From Gaiellaceae bacterium (lineage in GTDB: Bacteria > Actinomycetota > Thermoleophilia > Gaiellales > Gaiellaceae), in NCBI GenBank assembly GCA_035630135.1, contig DASQLF010000172.1, positions 1-50,892 of the forward strand: a DNA stretch of 50,892 bases, read 5' to 3'. Position numbers and translations under genes: made by a program. Under the pieces are notes generated by a model. It was not told where the DNA came from and did not search any database. It saw only the letters and a program-made list of their open reading frames with translations. Shown one piece after another: positions 49,482-50,892 of the stretch. Position 1 is the first letter of the stretch. Each line of letters starts with the position of its first letter.

Positions 49482-50892
49482 GTGCTCGCGCGCGCGGTGA
49501 CTCACGCACTCGTCGGCCTCGAGCCGCGCAAGGTGGAGGTCGAGGCGCACTTGCAGCCCGGCGTCCCCGGCTTCGCCATCGTCGGTCTCGCCGACCGGGC
49601 CTGCCAGGAGGCCAAGCATCGCGTCCGCAGCGGGGTCGTCTCGGCGGCGCTCGAGTGGCCGGCGAACCGGCGGATCACCGTCAATCTCGCTCCGGCGGCC
49701 CTTCGCAAGGAGGGCTCTGGCTTCGATCTGCCGATCTCACTCGCGGTCCTCGGCGCCACGCGGCAGCTCCCGCCCGAGCGGCTCGCCCAGCACGCCGCCG
49801 TCGGCGAGCTCGCGCTGGATGGCCGCGTGCGGCCCGTCTCCGGCACCCTGGCCGTGGCCGAGGGCGCTCTCCGCGCCGGGCTGACCCGGCTGGTCTGTGC
49901 CGCGGAGTCGGCGCCTGAGGCGGCGCTGGCGGGTATCGAGCCCGTTCCCGTCCGCCACCTGCACGAGGTCGTGAGGTACTTCCGAGGCGAGATCGACCCG
50001 CCGGCCTTCGATCCGATCGACGAGGGCGCGATCGAGGACGCCGACGGCCCGGATCTCGCGGATCTGCGCGGGCAGGAGCGAGCACGTCGTGCGCTCGAGA
50101 TCGCGGCGGCGGGCGCCCACAACCTGCTCCTCATGGGTCCGCCCGGGACGGGGAAGACGATGCTCGCGCGCCGGCTCCCGGGAATCCTCCCGCCGCTGAC
50201 ACGAAGCGAGGCGCTCGAGGTCACGCGCATCCACTCGGTTGCGGGCCTGCTGCCACAGGGCCGTGCGCTCGTAGGAACGCCACCCTTCCGCGCGCCACAT
50301 CACGGCGCCTCGGCGCCGGCGATCGTCGGCGGCGGGCCGAGCCCTCGTCCCGGCGAGGTCTCGCTCGCCCATCGTGGGGTCCTGTTCATGGACGAGCTGC
50401 CGGAGTTCCCGCGCTCGGTGCTCGAGTCGTTGCGGCAGCCGCTCGAAGACGGCTTCGTCGCCGTCGCCCGGGTCGGTGGCCACGCCGTCTTCCCGGCACG
50501 CTTCCAGCTCGTCGGCACCATGAACATGTGCCCGTGCGGTGGTCGCGGCGATCCCGCGCTCGAGTGCTCGTGCTCGCCTCAGCGGCTTTCGTCCTACCGC
50601 GAGAAGCTCTCGCGCGCTCTACTCGACCGGTTCGACCTCGCGGTGGCGATGCCGCGGCCGCGTGCCGCGGAGCTGGCTGCCCCGCTCGCCGAGGAGTCGA
50701 GTGTCGTCCGCCGGCGTGTCGTCGATTCGCGGGCACACGTGGAGGCAGCGCAGCCGCGACGGACCGATGCAGCCTCGGAGCTCCTCTCGGGTGCCGTCGA
50801 CCGGCTTCCGCTCTCCGGTCGCGGACGTTCGCGCGTCGCGCGCGTCGCGCGGACGATCGCCGCTCTCGCGGGCGCTCAGGCAGTCGAGCCGG
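49482..50892 (+). CDS. comM: YifB/ComM family Mg-chelatase-like AAA+ ATPase, 5' part (3' end outside the window)
   Basis: This gene is not in the ORF track because the frame stays open to the window end. My translation from GTG 49482 (or GTG 49497): ..VTHALVGLEPRKVEVEAHLQPGVPGFAIVGLAD...EGSGFDLPISLAVL...LLLMGPPGTGKTMLARRLPGILPPL...GVLFMDELPEF...CPCG......C.C. Confidence 0.88.
   Translation, partial: MLARAVTHALVGLEPRKVEVEAHLQPGVPGFAIVGLADRACQEAKHRVRSGVVSAALEWPANRRITVNLAPAALRKEGSGFDLPISLAVLGATRQLPPERLAQHAAVGELALDGRVRPVSGTLAVAEGALRAGLTRLVCAAESAPEAALAGIEPVPVRHLHEVVRYFRGEIDPPAFDPIDEGAIEDADGPDLADLRGQERARRALEIAAAGAHNLLLMGPPGTGKTMLARRLPGILPPLTRSEALEVTRIHSVAGLLPQGRALVGTPPFRAPHHGASAPAIVGGGPSPRPGEVSLAHRGVLFMDELPEFPRSVLESLRQPLEDGFVAVARVGGHAVFPARFQLVGTMNMCPCGGRGDPALECSCSPQRLSSYREKLSRALLDRFDLAVAMPRPRAAELAAPLAEESSVVRRRVVDSRAHVEAAQPRRTDAASELLSGAVDRLPLSGRGRSRVARVARTIAALAGAQAVEP

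Noticed and set aside
48738-49496. Searched around the methyltransferase for a cognate restriction endonuclease, specificity subunit, or BREX/DISARM-type partners.
   Set aside because: The only neighbouring ORFs are yraN (a conserved housekeeping-context UPF0102 gene coupled to rnhB) and the collagen-like secreted protein. No nuclease, helicase or ATPase partner is present, so the gene is treated as an orphan MTase.
501-50483. Many long ORFs antisense to or out of frame with the called genes. Examples: 501..1655(-), 1730..2980(-), 3998..5194(-), 10304..11560(-), 13741..15744(-), 16332..17384(-), 16882..17892(-), 21020..22156(-), 22583..24085(-), 31383..32783(-), 35956..37404(-), 37642..39069(-), 40810..42075(-), 45580..46494(-), 49737..50483(-), plus plus-strand alternates such as 857..1618, 4312..5382, 16361..17581, 19492..20586 and 40079..41248.
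   Set aside because: Their translations are Arg/Ala/Pro/Gly-rich low-complexity strings with no recognisable motifs. They overlap genes that have unmistakable family signatures in another frame. Stop-poor shadow ORFs of this kind are expected in very GC-rich DNA.

Overview
Very GC-rich bacterial chromosome segment. Third codon positions are almost always G/C, and every frame carries long spurious Arg/Ala/Pro-rich ORFs. Gene content and order look like an Actinomycetota-type organism, possibly Thermoleophilia/Rubrobacteria-like; that guess rests only on protein styles such as the YxYQWxRC Ig-like repeats and is low confidence.

The backbone is an almost uninterrupted plus-strand run of housekeeping genes, many joined by ATGA/GTGA stop-start overlaps:
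- aroA'-cmk-plsC-der-gpsA-metK
- priA-def-fmt-rsmB
- ribD-ribE-ribBA-ribH
- plsC2-rpmB-asp23-fakA(yloV)-...-recG-rsmD-coaD
- yceD ... rpmF-plsX-acpP-rnc-smc-ftsY
- ffh-rpsP-KH-rimM-trmD-lepB-rplS-rnhB-yraN ... comM'

Several small accessory insertions interrupt these conserved blocks. Most are on the minus strand and/or look lower in GC by eye:
1. A metal-type ABC importer operon ending in a DtxR-family repressor, with twin 18-bp palindromes.
2. A two-gene secreted/membrane cassette before def.
3. An APH(6)-like kinase.
4. A stand-alone receiver domain translationally coupled between fakA and a DegV/fakB gene, followed by a histidine-phosphatase-fold gene.
5. A LysR regulator.
6. An Ig-like-repeat secreted protein plus an ABC-F ATPase, splitting yceD from rpmF.
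7. An island between ftsY and ffh with a nucleotide-cyclase-like/STAND-ATPase/TPR protein and three small proteins.
8. An orphan amino-methyltransferase with permuted motif order plus a collagen-like secreted protein, between yraN and comM.

I found no rRNA, tRNA, CRISPR array, transposase or integrase.

All calls come from reading motifs in the supplied translations and the DNA; no searches were run. Start codons are best guesses, and the functions of the accessory genes are inferences. Two partial genes at the window edges (aroA 3' end, comM 5' part) are absent or incomplete in the ORF track because they are open-ended.
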